Positions 51,166-60,639 of a stretch of 64,000 bases of DNA are shown one piece after another. A model generated the notes under the pieces. That model was given only the letters and a program-made list of their open reading frames with translations, ran no database searches and was not told the DNA's origin. The stretch is taken from positions 7,350-71,349 of the forward strand of contig CAJWHF010000001.1 in assembly GCA_913041275.1 (NCBI GenBank), in the 5' to 3' direction. The position numbers and the translations under genes were made by a program. Source of the DNA: an uncultured Opitutia bacterium. Lineage in GTDB: Bacteria > Verrucomicrobiota > Verrucomicrobiia > Opitutales > Coraliomargaritaceae. The stretch's first letter is position 1. Every line of letters begins with the position of its first letter.

Positions 51166-52596
51166 ATGAATCTTGCGCACAAGTCTACCACTATTTGTCT
51201 ATTAATCCTCTTCGCGCTCACTGCGAGTGCTGATGAGAGGAAAAATATTTTGCTCATTTGTATTGATGATCTGCGACCTGAACTAAACTGCTTCGGGCTC
51301 GATTACATTCACTCACCTAATATAGACCAATTAGCTGCTAGTGGACGCGCTTTTTATAATCACTACGTAAATGCGCCGACTTGCGGGGCTTCTCGATACA
51401 CCTTGCTGACAGGTCAATACAATCTGAATAGCCCGCAGAATAATCGCTTACTTTTTAATCGAGCCAGTAAGCTCAAAGAAGAACCTAGCTCAGTCTCTCC
51501 AAGCCTGCCGGCATGGTTCAGAAAGAATGGTTATACAACCGTATCGATAGGTAAAGTGTCTCACCACCCAGGCGGACTAGGAGGTAAAAATTGGGATGAT
51601 CCTAACGTGGTAGAGATGCCTAATTCATGGGACTTAAGCCTACAACCCATTGGCGATTGGCAGCACCCTAGAGGTGTGATGCATGCCCTCGCTGAAGGTA
51701 AAATTTGGGGGTTAGGTGAAATTCTCTCAGTATTTGAAGCCTTCGCTGGTGATGATCAAAGTTACCCGGATGGATGGATCACAGAAACAGCTATCAAACA
51801 AATTAATAAGTTGGATGCGACCGGATCCCCATTTTTCATGGCAGTCGGCTTCATTCGCCCTCACCTTCCCTTCGGAGCACCAAAGAAATATCTAGACCTA
51901 TACGATGAGTGTGAATTGCCCGCTATTGCACATCCCTATAAGCCTAAGCATCCCAGCTCTTGGCAAAGCTCTGGTGAGTTTATGAGGTACAATCGCTGGT
52001 CAAGGAACCCTATTTCCGATCCAGCTTTCGCAGATGACGTGCGACGTCATTATGCCGCTTGTGTCAGTTATGTAGACGCACAAGTAGGGTTGCTAATGGA
52101 TCAGCTCGACCGATTGGGTATGCGTGAAAACACTATAGTAGTTCTTTGGGGCGATCACGGTTGGCACTTAGGAGAACACGGTGTTTGGGGCAAACATACC
52201 TTATTTGAAGAGTCGCTACGATCACCGCTTATCATATCTTATAAAGATATTCCCAAATCTGGAGAGCCTTGTGAAGCTGTTGTGGAAAGTATCGATATAT
52301 TCCCTACATTATGTGACATATCCGGTATCCCAATCCCAGAATATATCCACGGTAAGACCCTAAAGCTACAGCTAGATAACCCTGAATCACTTGGGCACTC
52401 AGCTGTCGGATTTCAAAGTCATCGAAAGACTATTCGAACTAAAAATCACCGCCTGATTTTGCACAATAATGGATATGCAGAACTCTACGATTTTTCGAAT
52501 GCTAAGGATGCGGGCATTAATCGAGCGCAGGACTTTCCAAATATAGTACTCCAGCTAACGGAGCAATTAAACGAACGGCTAAAATTAAATAAGTAG
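51166..52596 (+). CDS. S1 sulfatase (iduronate-2-sulfatase/S1_7-like)
   Basis: [18 protein letters not shown] (CxAxR variant), GF.RPHLPF.AP, Y.ACVSY.DAQ.G, GDHGW.LGE. Start reassigned to ATG 51166. Confidence 0.9.
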   Translation: MNLAHKSTTICLLILFALTASADERKNILLICIDDLRPELNCFGLDYIHSPNIDQLAASGRAFYNHYVNAPTCGASRYTLLTGQYNLNSPQNNRLLFNRASKLKEEPSSVSPSLPAWFRKNGYTTVSIGKVSHHPGGLGGKNWDDPNVVEMPNSWDLSLQPIGDWQHPRGVMHALAEGKIWGLGEILSVFEAFAGDDQSYPDGWITETAIKQINKLDATGSPFFMAVGFIRPHLPFGAPKKYLDLYDECELPAIAHPYKPKHPSSWQSSGEFMRYNRWSRNPISDPAFADDVRRHYAACVSYVDAQVGLLMDQLDRLGMRENTIVVLWGDHGWHLGEHGVWGKHTLFEESLRSPLIISYKDIPKSGEPCEAVVESIDIFPTLCDISGIPIPEYIHGKTLKLQLDNPESLGHSAVGFQSHRKTIRTKNHRLILHNNGYAELYDFSNAKDAGINRAQDFPNIVLQLTEQLNERLKLNK

Positions 52597-52608
52597 ATCC
52601 TAATTAAT

Positions 52609-53487
52609 GTGAAAGTCTCAATCTATTATCTCTTTATCTTAACACTCACTTCCTGCTTCGCAAAAGTGCCAGAATTTCGTGCCCCAGCTATGCCGCCTAA
52701 GGTTCCAGCCGGAATCGAATATAGTGTTCATCAATACCGCACATCTACCCCAGAACGATCCGGTCAACTCGGTATCGCTATACCAGAGAATGCAGTAGGA
52801 TCGCTACCAGTAGTAGTCTGCATACACGGCGGCGGATGGGCTAAGGGCGACAAGGATCAGATGGCCTGGATGGCGATTCGTTATGCTCAGCTTGGCTATA
52901 TCGGGGTGACAGTAGCTTATCGGCTCAACCATGAAGCTCCGCTTCCTGCGTGCATATTAGATGTTAAAACGGCAATACGATATCTCAAAAGCATCAGCAA
53001 AGACGTCCATATCGATCCAGATCTTATTGCGGTCCTCGGGTATAGCGCCGGCGCTCATTTAGCACTTATGATTGGACTGAGTCCAGATGCAGATGTATTT
53101 AAAAGCAAAGACTATCTTGCGAAGGATTCATCTGTTCAATGCGTAGTAGCCATCTCCGCACCCACAGACTTTGATACAATGCTCGAACGTGCTGGTCATT
53201 TGAATTTTCTGCCAGATGATCAATCCTCAGATCCCGAATTCATAACCCCACTTTCTCCACTAAATTGGATTCATGAAGATCAAATTCCCATACTACTGGT
53301 ACATGGTGATCAGGACAGAATAGTGCCACCCTATCATTACGAAAAATTCAGCCAGAAGTGCAGAGAATTTAGTATCTCTAATTTAGAGCGTTACATCCAT
53401 CCTGGTGGCAATCATACGTTCTTTTTCAGGGCACGTAAAACTGTACAACCTGTTATTAATAATTTTTTAGTAAAAAATCTAAATTGA
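52609..53487 (+). CDS. Alpha/beta hydrolase (BD-FAE/HSL-type carbohydrate esterase)
   Basis: HGGGW, GYSAG nucleophile elbow, HGDQD.IVP, G.NH; GTG start; N-terminal signal peptide with Cys. Confidence 0.88.
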   Translation: MKVSIYYLFILTLTSCFAKVPEFRAPAMPPKVPAGIEYSVHQYRTSTPERSGQLGIAIPENAVGSLPVVVCIHGGGWAKGDKDQMAWMAIRYAQLGYIGVTVAYRLNHEAPLPACILDVKTAIRYLKSISKDVHIDPDLIAVLGYSAGAHLALMIGLSPDADVFKSKDYLAKDSSVQCVVAISAPTDFDTMLERAGHLNFLPDDQSSDPEFITPLSPLNWIHEDQIPILLVHGDQDRIVPPYHYEKFSQKCREFSISNLERYIHPGGNHTFFFRARKTVQPVINNFLVKNLN

Positions 53488-53494
53488 ATTAATC

Positions 53495-55360
53495 ATGCAC
53501 ATACAATCCCCTCTTATATTACTAATTAGTCTAGTCCTAGTATCGAAAAATTTGCTTGGATCAGTTGATTACTACGCCCCGTATCCTTTTGGAACGCAAA
53601 GCGAGTATGCACTCGGAGCAGACGAAGTCACCAGCGGAAAATGGTGGGTATCCCCTAAGGACGAACCCGCACGTGAGAAAAGTTTTCGCGATTGGATTTG
53701 CGCACGTCCCCGTGAGAAAGCCCTAGCTTTTGCAATATACACTCACAATGCAGGCACTCTCAAACTAACTGCTCAATGCTTTCCACTCCTGCCTGAAGAA
53801 CCAAAAGAAGCTACCTTAGAACTCTTGATCGGAGGAAAGTGGAAAAAGGTTCAGCAAGCCTCCGTAGTCTATCCTGGTTGGAGCTTACATTTTCGCATTG
53901 ATGGATGGGATTCAAGTAAAGATGTCCAATATCGAGTAAGGTTAGGAGAATTATCGACTTACGAAGGGCTAATACGCAAAGACCCTACAGATAAAAAATC
54001 AATTGTCTTGGCCTCCATGTCCTGCAACTCACCAGCAGACAAGCCTCGTTATGCACGCACACAAATGGTGGCAAACCTCCTAGAGCACGACCCTGACCTT
54101 CTATTTTTTGCTGGGGACCAAAATTACATACACGATGAACCTACATACGGCTGGTTAATGTTTGGTGTACAGTTCGGTAAAGTAATGAAAGACCGACCTA
54201 CTATCTGTATTCCAGATGATCATGATGTCGGTCACCCCAACCTTTGGGGGGAGAGTGGAAAAAAAGCAATTGGTAGAGATTTCGATGGTGGCTACCTTTA
54301 CCCGGCAAGCTTTGTAAATATGGTACAACGCCAACAGTGTTGGAGTTTGCCAGATCCCTATGACCCAGAGCCAGTGGATCAAGGGATCACTGTATACTAT
54401 ACCGATCTCACGCTAGGTGGTATCAGCTTTGCTATTCTTGAAGACCGGAAATTTAAATCAACCTGGCATCCTGATCCTGACGCCGCAGGAAAAACCTTAC
54501 TTGGAACACGTCAGCTTAGTTTTCTTGATAATTGGGCACGCGACTGGTCTGGCGCACAGATGAAAGTTGTACTCTCACAAACACCGTTCGTGGCTCATGC
54601 TAGCTACTCTGGGCAAATCGTTCGGCGTATTAAAAAAGATCACGATGCCAACGGATGGCCCGCAGATAGGCGAAATGAAGCAGTTCGTGCCCTACGCCGC
54701 GCCCGCGCCACGCATATCTGTGGGGATCAACATCTCGGCGCAGTTGTTAAGCACGGCATCGATACATTCCGAGACGGCCCTTATAGCTTTACCAGTCCAG
54801 CCTTAGTCAATACTATCTGGGGTAGATGGTGGTGGCCGGAGAATGAGCAGGCTGGTGGTGGTGAACCAATTGAAAGCGGCCTTTCTTGGGTAGGTGATTA
54901 TTTAGACGCCTTTGGCAATCCATTTACCATGATTGCATATGCAAACCCTCAGTACGTTGATAACGAAGAACTGCGTAGACTAAAGTCTCGTCCGAATCGA
55001 GGTGACGGATATGCCCTTATTCGCTTTGAAACCGATACAGGAGATGCGCGCTTTGAATGCTGGCCACGTTTTGCGGACTTAAGTAAAGGCGATGCCGCAC
55101 AATTCGAAGGCTGGCCGGTGACTATTAACACTCATGATAACGACGCGCGCGAGCCTTACGCCTACCTACCAGAGATCAAACTTCCTAGTAGTAATATGGT
55201 AGTCGAGCTCACTAATTTAGATACGGGTGAGCTCATTTATTGCTACCGCCATGATACCAATCGCTTCAAAGCTCCCGTTTTTAGCACAGGTACCTATACT
55301 CTGCGAGCTGGATTAGAAGTAGCCAAATCGGTTATGCTTGAGGCAATAAAAGTGAACTAG
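53495..55360 (+). CDS. PhoD-like (alkaline phosphatase D) metallophosphoesterase
   Basis: Signal peptide; SC, FFAGDQ.Y, PDDHDV, EDRKFK, LLG.RQ..FL..W, DANGWP, GDQH. Confidence 0.8.
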   Translation: MHIQSPLILLISLVLVSKNLLGSVDYYAPYPFGTQSEYALGADEVTSGKWWVSPKDEPAREKSFRDWICARPREKALAFAIYTHNAGTLKLTAQCFPLLPEEPKEATLELLIGGKWKKVQQASVVYPGWSLHFRIDGWDSSKDVQYRVRLGELSTYEGLIRKDPTDKKSIVLASMSCNSPADKPRYARTQMVANLLEHDPDLLFFAGDQNYIHDEPTYGWLMFGVQFGKVMKDRPTICIPDDHDVGHPNLWGESGKKAIGRDFDGGYLYPASFVNMVQRQQCWSLPDPYDPEPVDQGITVYYTDLTLGGISFAILEDRKFKSTWHPDPDAAGKTLLGTRQLSFLDNWARDWSGAQMKVVLSQTPFVAHASYSGQIVRRIKKDHDANGWPADRRNEAVRALRRARATHICGDQHLGAVVKHGIDTFRDGPYSFTSPALVNTIWGRWWWPENEQAGGGEPIESGLSWVGDYLDAFGNPFTMIAYANPQYVDNEELRRLKSRPNRGDGYALIRFETDTGDARFECWPRFADLSKGDAAQFEGWPVTINTHDNDAREPYAYLPEIKLPSSNMVVELTNLDTGELIYCYRHDTNRFKAPVFSTGTYTLRAGLEVAKSVMLEAIKVN

Positions 55361-55382
55361 TTTTATAAAGAACCCGTACTAT

Positions 55383-56987
55383 ATGAAAAAAAATACCTAT
55401 TCGATTATTATAAGCTTACTTTTTTTTGTCGGTCTAATCGGGAACCTCTGTGCAGGCTCAAAACCAAATGTACTGTTGATTATCCTTGATGATCTTAACG
55501 ATTTCGTCGGACACATGGGAGGTCATACTAAGGTAATAACACCTAATATCGATGCCTTGGCCGCGCAAGGAGTAGCCTTTAATAATGCACACAGTAACGC
55601 CGCAGTCTGCATTCCTTCTAGGGCTAGTTTTATGTCAGGAGTATCACCAATAACTTCCCGCTTCTACGGCTTTGGAAACGAGCGGAAAAATGAAACGCTC
55701 ATTGCTAGTAAGACTCTACCAGAACTTGCCAGAGAAAATGGCTATAAAACATACACAACCGGAAAGGTCTTTCACAGCGCAAGGAGAGACCTATGGGATG
55801 ACAACGGTATCGCTGCTGAATACGGCCCGGTAGCCTCAGATGGGAAGAACCATACTTATCATCCTGAGGTACCTGGCGACTTCTCAGAATTTGGCGTCTT
55901 AGATGGAACTTATATCTCACTTGCAAAGGTTCCTATTGTACCAGCATCAGCTTCCACTAGTGGCTACACAGGCTGGCGTAATATAAGAAGTAAAACGCCT
56001 TTCCACTACGTTAGTGAAACCGACCGCGATCCGATGGCAGACGAACGTAGTGCTGAATGGACCGTCCAAAAAATTCGCTCACTAGAATCTCAGGACCAAG
56101 ATAGTCCCTTCTTTATGGCAGTTGGATTCATACGACCACATACACCGCTTGTTGTGCCCCAAAAATATTTTGATATGTATCCCTTAGAAAGTGTACAGTT
56201 ACCCATCATTAATAAAAGTGACCGCGTAGATACTAAGCTTGAAGACGATAACAATTCACGAGGACGGAAAATTTACCATACACTTGTCAATTCCTTTGGG
56301 GGTGATCGTGAGCTAGCCCTGCGACACTACACCCAGGCATACCTCGCAAGTATAACATTCGCAGATGAAATGGTTGGCCAGGTGATGAAAGCCCTCGATC
56401 AAAGTAAATTTCGAGATGATACAGTAGTTATTCTGACCAGTGACCACGGCTATCATATTGGTGAGAAAGACTTCCTATTTAAATATACTATATGGGAAGA
56501 AAGCACTCGAGTGCCATTTGTAATTCGTCATCCTGAATATCAAAGACAAGCAGGATCCATCGTAGAGCATCCTATAAGCTTGATTGATCTATTTCCGACA
56601 ATATCTGATTTCTGTGATTGGGAAAACCTCGCACCTCGCAAAAAGAGTAGTGGCACCATAGATGGCTTCAGTCTAAAACCTTTTCTTGAGGATCCTGAAC
56701 TCACAAGTTGGGATGGACCCAATAGCGCCCTTTCGATTCGTGCTAGCTGGAGGTCTAAGGCTATCGACCAACAACACTTCTCTCTGCGCTCGCGCGATTT
56801 CCGCTACATTAAATACAACAAACCAGAAGGTGAAGCCTCAGAAGAACTCTACGACCACAGAAACGATCCGCACGAATGGAAGAACTTAGCAGAAAGCCCG
56901 AAATATGAATCTGTTATACAAGCTATGCGCCGCGAGCTCGCAGAACGACTTGCGCCGGCAGTTAAGCGCCAAAGTGCTAAGTTATAA
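55383..56987 (+). CDS. S1 sulfatase (S1_7-like)
   Basis: DDLND, CIPSRAS, GKVFH, GF.RPHTP, SDHGYH.GEK, DP.EW.NLA. Confidence 0.92.
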   Translation: MKKNTYSIIISLLFFVGLIGNLCAGSKPNVLLIILDDLNDFVGHMGGHTKVITPNIDALAAQGVAFNNAHSNAAVCIPSRASFMSGVSPITSRFYGFGNERKNETLIASKTLPELARENGYKTYTTGKVFHSARRDLWDDNGIAAEYGPVASDGKNHTYHPEVPGDFSEFGVLDGTYISLAKVPIVPASASTSGYTGWRNIRSKTPFHYVSETDRDPMADERSAEWTVQKIRSLESQDQDSPFFMAVGFIRPHTPLVVPQKYFDMYPLESVQLPIINKSDRVDTKLEDDNNSRGRKIYHTLVNSFGGDRELALRHYTQAYLASITFADEMVGQVMKALDQSKFRDDTVVILTSDHGYHIGEKDFLFKYTIWEESTRVPFVIRHPEYQRQAGSIVEHPISLIDLFPTISDFCDWENLAPRKKSSGTIDGFSLKPFLEDPELTSWDGPNSALSIRASWRSKAIDQQHFSLRSRDFRYIKYNKPEGEASEELYDHRNDPHEWKNLAESPKYESVIQAMRRELAERLAPAVKRQSAKL

Positions 56988-57046
56988 ATAACCCACGGCT
57001 TTGTTGTTAACCTGTAACCTACCCAAGATGGTATAAATTTTATTAG

Positions 57047-59185
57047 ATGAAAGGAATAACGTGTGCGCTACAAGTTTACATTCTATTGCTCTTTCATTCG
57101 GCTTTGATTGGAGGGCCTCAGTTCTTTGATTTTACCTCAAATGCAAATACCGGTAGTTTAGAAATAAAATCTGGCACAGTATGGAGCAGTCCAAAAGGAC
57201 TTTGGGTTGAAGCGTCGCCAGACGAGGCAATTGAACTGGTTTTTAAAGGAAAATGGGATTTCAGCGAATGGGTCTATTTAACCTGGGATATTGATTACCA
57301 ATCAGCAGTCGAAGTACCTTTTAGCATTAGTATAGAAGGACAATCACAGCATGTACCATGGGGCGCTAAGAAATTCAGCCAAATACATTCTGGCTTTCTA
57401 AAGAACAAAGAAAATCGCTACTTCAACTGCACCTTAACGCGAAGTTATAACAGTAGGAGAAGTAACAAGTTAGTTCAGGATTTTTCTAGTATGAATTCTT
57501 ACCCGAATGGCATTTGTTTTAATCATCATGGAATCATTCCCGATGGAGTAGAAATAGTTACTTTTCAGATGGATCCGCATCCAAAAAGAAGAAAGTTTTT
57601 GATCCGAAATATCTTTTTAAATCGCCCAGCAAAGCATCCGTTATATATTATATCAGCCGAAAAATTTTATCCATTCATCGATCGATATGGCCAATTTAAG
57701 CACTCTAATTGGCCCGGTAAGATCATACAGGATTCAGACTTCAAGGAATCCTTTCAGGAGGAAGATAATTTTCTCAGAAAGTTTCCTATCGCTTCTAATC
57801 TCACCAAGTATGGTGGATACAAAAATGGTCCGCGATTAAAGGCAACGGGGCACTTTCGTGTAGATCAGCACGGCGGGTCTTGGACACTAGTCGATCCAGA
57901 TGGCTACCTCTTCTTATCTACTGGTATAAATTTCGTTGGGCACATCTTAGCTACGACCGAGGTTAAGAAAAGAAGTAACTACTTTGAAGGCTTGCCATCG
58001 CAAAACAGTCGCTTCCGAAGCTGTTTTAGTCGCGACGACCAATATTTTAATCACGGAAAAGCCAATCTAATCCGTAAATACGGCCAGCTGTATGAGGATC
58101 TCTACATAAAGCGTAATTTAAAAAGACTAAAGCACTGGGGGTTCAACTCCCTTGGTGGTTGGTCGATTGATAATTTTTCTAACGTCCCCGAAAGCCTTCG
58201 CCTCCCTTACACCCTCAATCTAAATGTTACTTGGAAACTTCCTCAACCTCTCATCAATACGAAGATGATGGATGTTTTCGACCCGCGTTGGAGAGAACAA
58301 CTAGAAGAAGAATTTTCGGATTATAGTGAAAGAGTAAAAGATGACCCATGGCTAGTGGGTGCCTTTGTAAACAATGAACTGCACTGGGAAAAACCTAATG
58401 AATTTGCACTTTCCCTCCTGCGAGTGAATCAGTCAATTCCGGGCAAAAAGCGCTATATTATGCGCTTAAAAGAGAAACTAGAAACGATCGAAAATTTTAA
58501 TGAGATCTTAGGCACAAACCTTAAAGATTGGGATACACTACTACAACACGCACTCCCAAATCCTGTGCTATCACTTAATGCATTGGAGACATTGAACGAA
58601 GCACACTACAGAGAAATGGTAGAGTATTATTTCTCCACGATCCGTAGCATGTTTGATCAATACATGCCAGAAGTACTTTACCTTGGTTGTCGATTTCACA
58701 GCGGCTACACTCACGAATTTAACCTGCCGATCGCAGCAAAATATGTCGATGTACTGTCCGTAAATATTTATAAGAACGATGTCGGTGATTACCCTTACAC
58801 GAACGGTTTTGAAGAGATAAACCTGCCCTACCTCGTTTCCGAATTCCACTTCGGCGCTCTAGATCGGGGTATGTTCGGCACCGGACTTAACTTGGCTTCT
58901 GACCAGAGAAACCGCGGCGAGCGCTACCGCATATACATGGACAGCGTTCTAGCAGACCCTAAATGTATTGGAGCCCACTGGTTTATGATGGCCGATGAAG
59001 CCACCGCAGGATTTAATGATAATGAAAGTTATAATTGTGGATTTCTCTCAGTAACAGATCAGCCATATTACGATTTTCTAAAAGAAGTGATCCCATATAA
59101 TAACGATCTTTATCGCAAGCAGATAGACGTACCTATCAAAGAACCTATTGAGGATTCGTCCGTTCCGATAATGCTACAGGATTAA
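57047..59185 (+). CDS. GH50 (beta-agarase family) glycoside hydrolase
   Basis: PFIDRYGQ...WPGK, KYGG, ATGHFRV, LVDPDGY.F.S.G, WGFNS.G.WS, DPWL.G.FV.NEL.W (acid/base), SEFHFGALDRG (nucleophile), GAHWF. Confidence 0.88.
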   Translation: MKGITCALQVYILLLFHSALIGGPQFFDFTSNANTGSLEIKSGTVWSSPKGLWVEASPDEAIELVFKGKWDFSEWVYLTWDIDYQSAVEVPFSISIEGQSQHVPWGAKKFSQIHSGFLKNKENRYFNCTLTRSYNSRRSNKLVQDFSSMNSYPNGICFNHHGIIPDGVEIVTFQMDPHPKRRKFLIRNIFLNRPAKHPLYIISAEKFYPFIDRYGQFKHSNWPGKIIQDSDFKESFQEEDNFLRKFPIASNLTKYGGYKNGPRLKATGHFRVDQHGGSWTLVDPDGYLFLSTGINFVGHILATTEVKKRSNYFEGLPSQNSRFRSCFSRDDQYFNHGKANLIRKYGQLYEDLYIKRNLKRLKHWGFNSLGGWSIDNFSNVPESLRLPYTLNLNVTWKLPQPLINTKMMDVFDPRWREQLEEEFSDYSERVKDDPWLVGAFVNNELHWEKPNEFALSLLRVNQSIPGKKRYIMRLKEKLETIENFNEILGTNLKDWDTLLQHALPNPVLSLNALETLNEAHYREMVEYYFSTIRSMFDQYMPEVLYLGCRFHSGYTHEFNLPIAAKYVDVLSVNIYKNDVGDYPYTNGFEEINLPYLVSEFHFGALDRGMFGTGLNLASDQRNRGERYRIYMDSVLADPKCIGAHWFMMADEATAGFNDNESYNCGFLSVTDQPYYDFLKEVIPYNNDLYRKQIDVPIKEPIEDSSVPIMLQD

Positions 59186-59223
59186 CAAGCTAATTTCTTA
59201 AGTGGCCATATAATAAGGCCGAC

Positions 59224-60639
59224 CTATTCAAATGCTGCTAATGCCTTCTTCTCTAGTTCAAAATTATATTTTGGGTTTTTTTGTTTAGGCACAGGAGCTC
59301 CGATACGGTCTCGCCATGAGCATAGCATATGATGCATTTCAGCTGCTTTTTTTGGGAATACTCCAGCTATGTTCTGCATCTCACCTGGATCTTTGCTTAT
59401 ATCATAGAGTTCGATAGCATCCTCCTCAAAGTATTCATGCAGCTTCCAATTACCCGAGCGCATAGCTGAACCTGGTCGCGTACGAAACAAGGGGTCGCGG
59501 GCTTGGTCTTTTGTACCGTTGTAGGCCTGTAGGTAAATTGGAAAATGCCAATACTGTGGGACTGGTTCCCAGTTTGCCTCTTCCTTCATTAAGGAAACCA
59601 GACTTACGCCATCCAGCTCGTTAGAGTACTTAATACCCGCGACCTCCATAAATGTAGGATAAAAATCTAGCCCATTAACTACAGCTTCGCAACGCCCCGC
59701 GACGATCGTCCCAGGCCAGTACATAAGCATAGGCTCGCGGACTCCACCCTCATAATACGAGCCTTTACCAGCACGCCAAGGTGCCTGTGAATTAACGGCA
59801 GCGATCCCTCCATTATCCGAACAGAAGACCACCAAGGTCTTTTCGCTTAAGCCCTGATCTTCTAAAGCTTGAAGCAATCTTCCAATAGCAGCATCTAGCT
59901 TTTCTACCATGGAATAATAAGCTGGGTTAAGATCTAATCCTCGGAAATTTTCTACATATTCTGGTACTGCCGTAATTGGACCATGCACTAAATAAGGCGA
60001 GAAGTGAACGAACATCGGTTCGTCACGGTAAGTTTCAATAAATTTCACCGCTTCCGCCGTGTAAATATCAATTCTATGAGTCTTTGCTGGGACAGTGTCC
60101 GACCATGCTTCCATCGAGCCGCCTCTCCATGGCGAGAAGTAACCTCCATCTTTAGGACCACCCGTATAATCGCCACCTACATTTACCTCAAATCCATCTT
60201 CCAAAGGATCCTCCCCAATGTGATATTTACCAAGATGAATCGTCCGGTAACCACCCCCCCTTAGTGCCTCAGCCATAGTCAGAACTTCCTTAGGTAAATG
60301 AATACGATTATTTATGGGAATCAATTTTCGGTACTCAGATTTTCCACGATAGGAGCTACCGACAGTATAAACGCCGTGCCGCGAACCCCACAAGCCACTG
60401 TGAACGCAGGCTCTACTAGGTGCACAATTCGCTGCCGGAGCATAGGCATTCTCAAAGACTAGACCTTCCCTAGCTAAACGATCCAAATGAGGCGTCCTAA
60501 AAGTTGGATTATTGTAACCAACATCCATAACGCCCAAATCATCTGCATTTATGTAGAGAATATTAGGCTGACCTTGGACCGTAGTAGCAAAGACCAGTAG
60601 AAATAAGAATTTATTTAGCATCAGTCTAATTTTCATCAA
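59224..60639 (-). CDS. S1 sulfatase (S1_16-like)
   Basis: NADDLG..DVGY, NCAPSRAC, GKYH, YLVH.P, SDNGG, YWHFP.YLQ.Y. Confidence 0.92.
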   Translation of the reverse strand: MMKIRLMLNKFLFLLVFATTVQGQPNILYINADDLGVMDVGYNNPTFRTPHLDRLAREGLVFENAYAPAANCAPSRACVHSGLWGSRHGVYTVGSSYRGKSEYRKLIPINNRIHLPKEVLTMAEALRGGGYRTIHLGKYHIGEDPLEDGFEVNVGGDYTGGPKDGGYFSPWRGGSMEAWSDTVPAKTHRIDIYTAEAVKFIETYRDEPMFVHFSPYLVHGPITAVPEYVENFRGLDLNPAYYSMVEKLDAAIGRLLQALEDQGLSEKTLVVFCSDNGGIAAVNSQAPWRAGKGSYYEGGVREPMLMYWPGTIVAGRCEAVVNGLDFYPTFMEVAGIKYSNELDGVSLVSLMKEEANWEPVPQYWHFPIYLQAYNGTKDQARDPLFRTRPGSAMRSGNWKLHEYFEEDAIELYDISKDPGEMQNIAGVFPKKAAEMHHMLCSWRDRIGAPVPKQKNPKYNFELEKKALAAFE

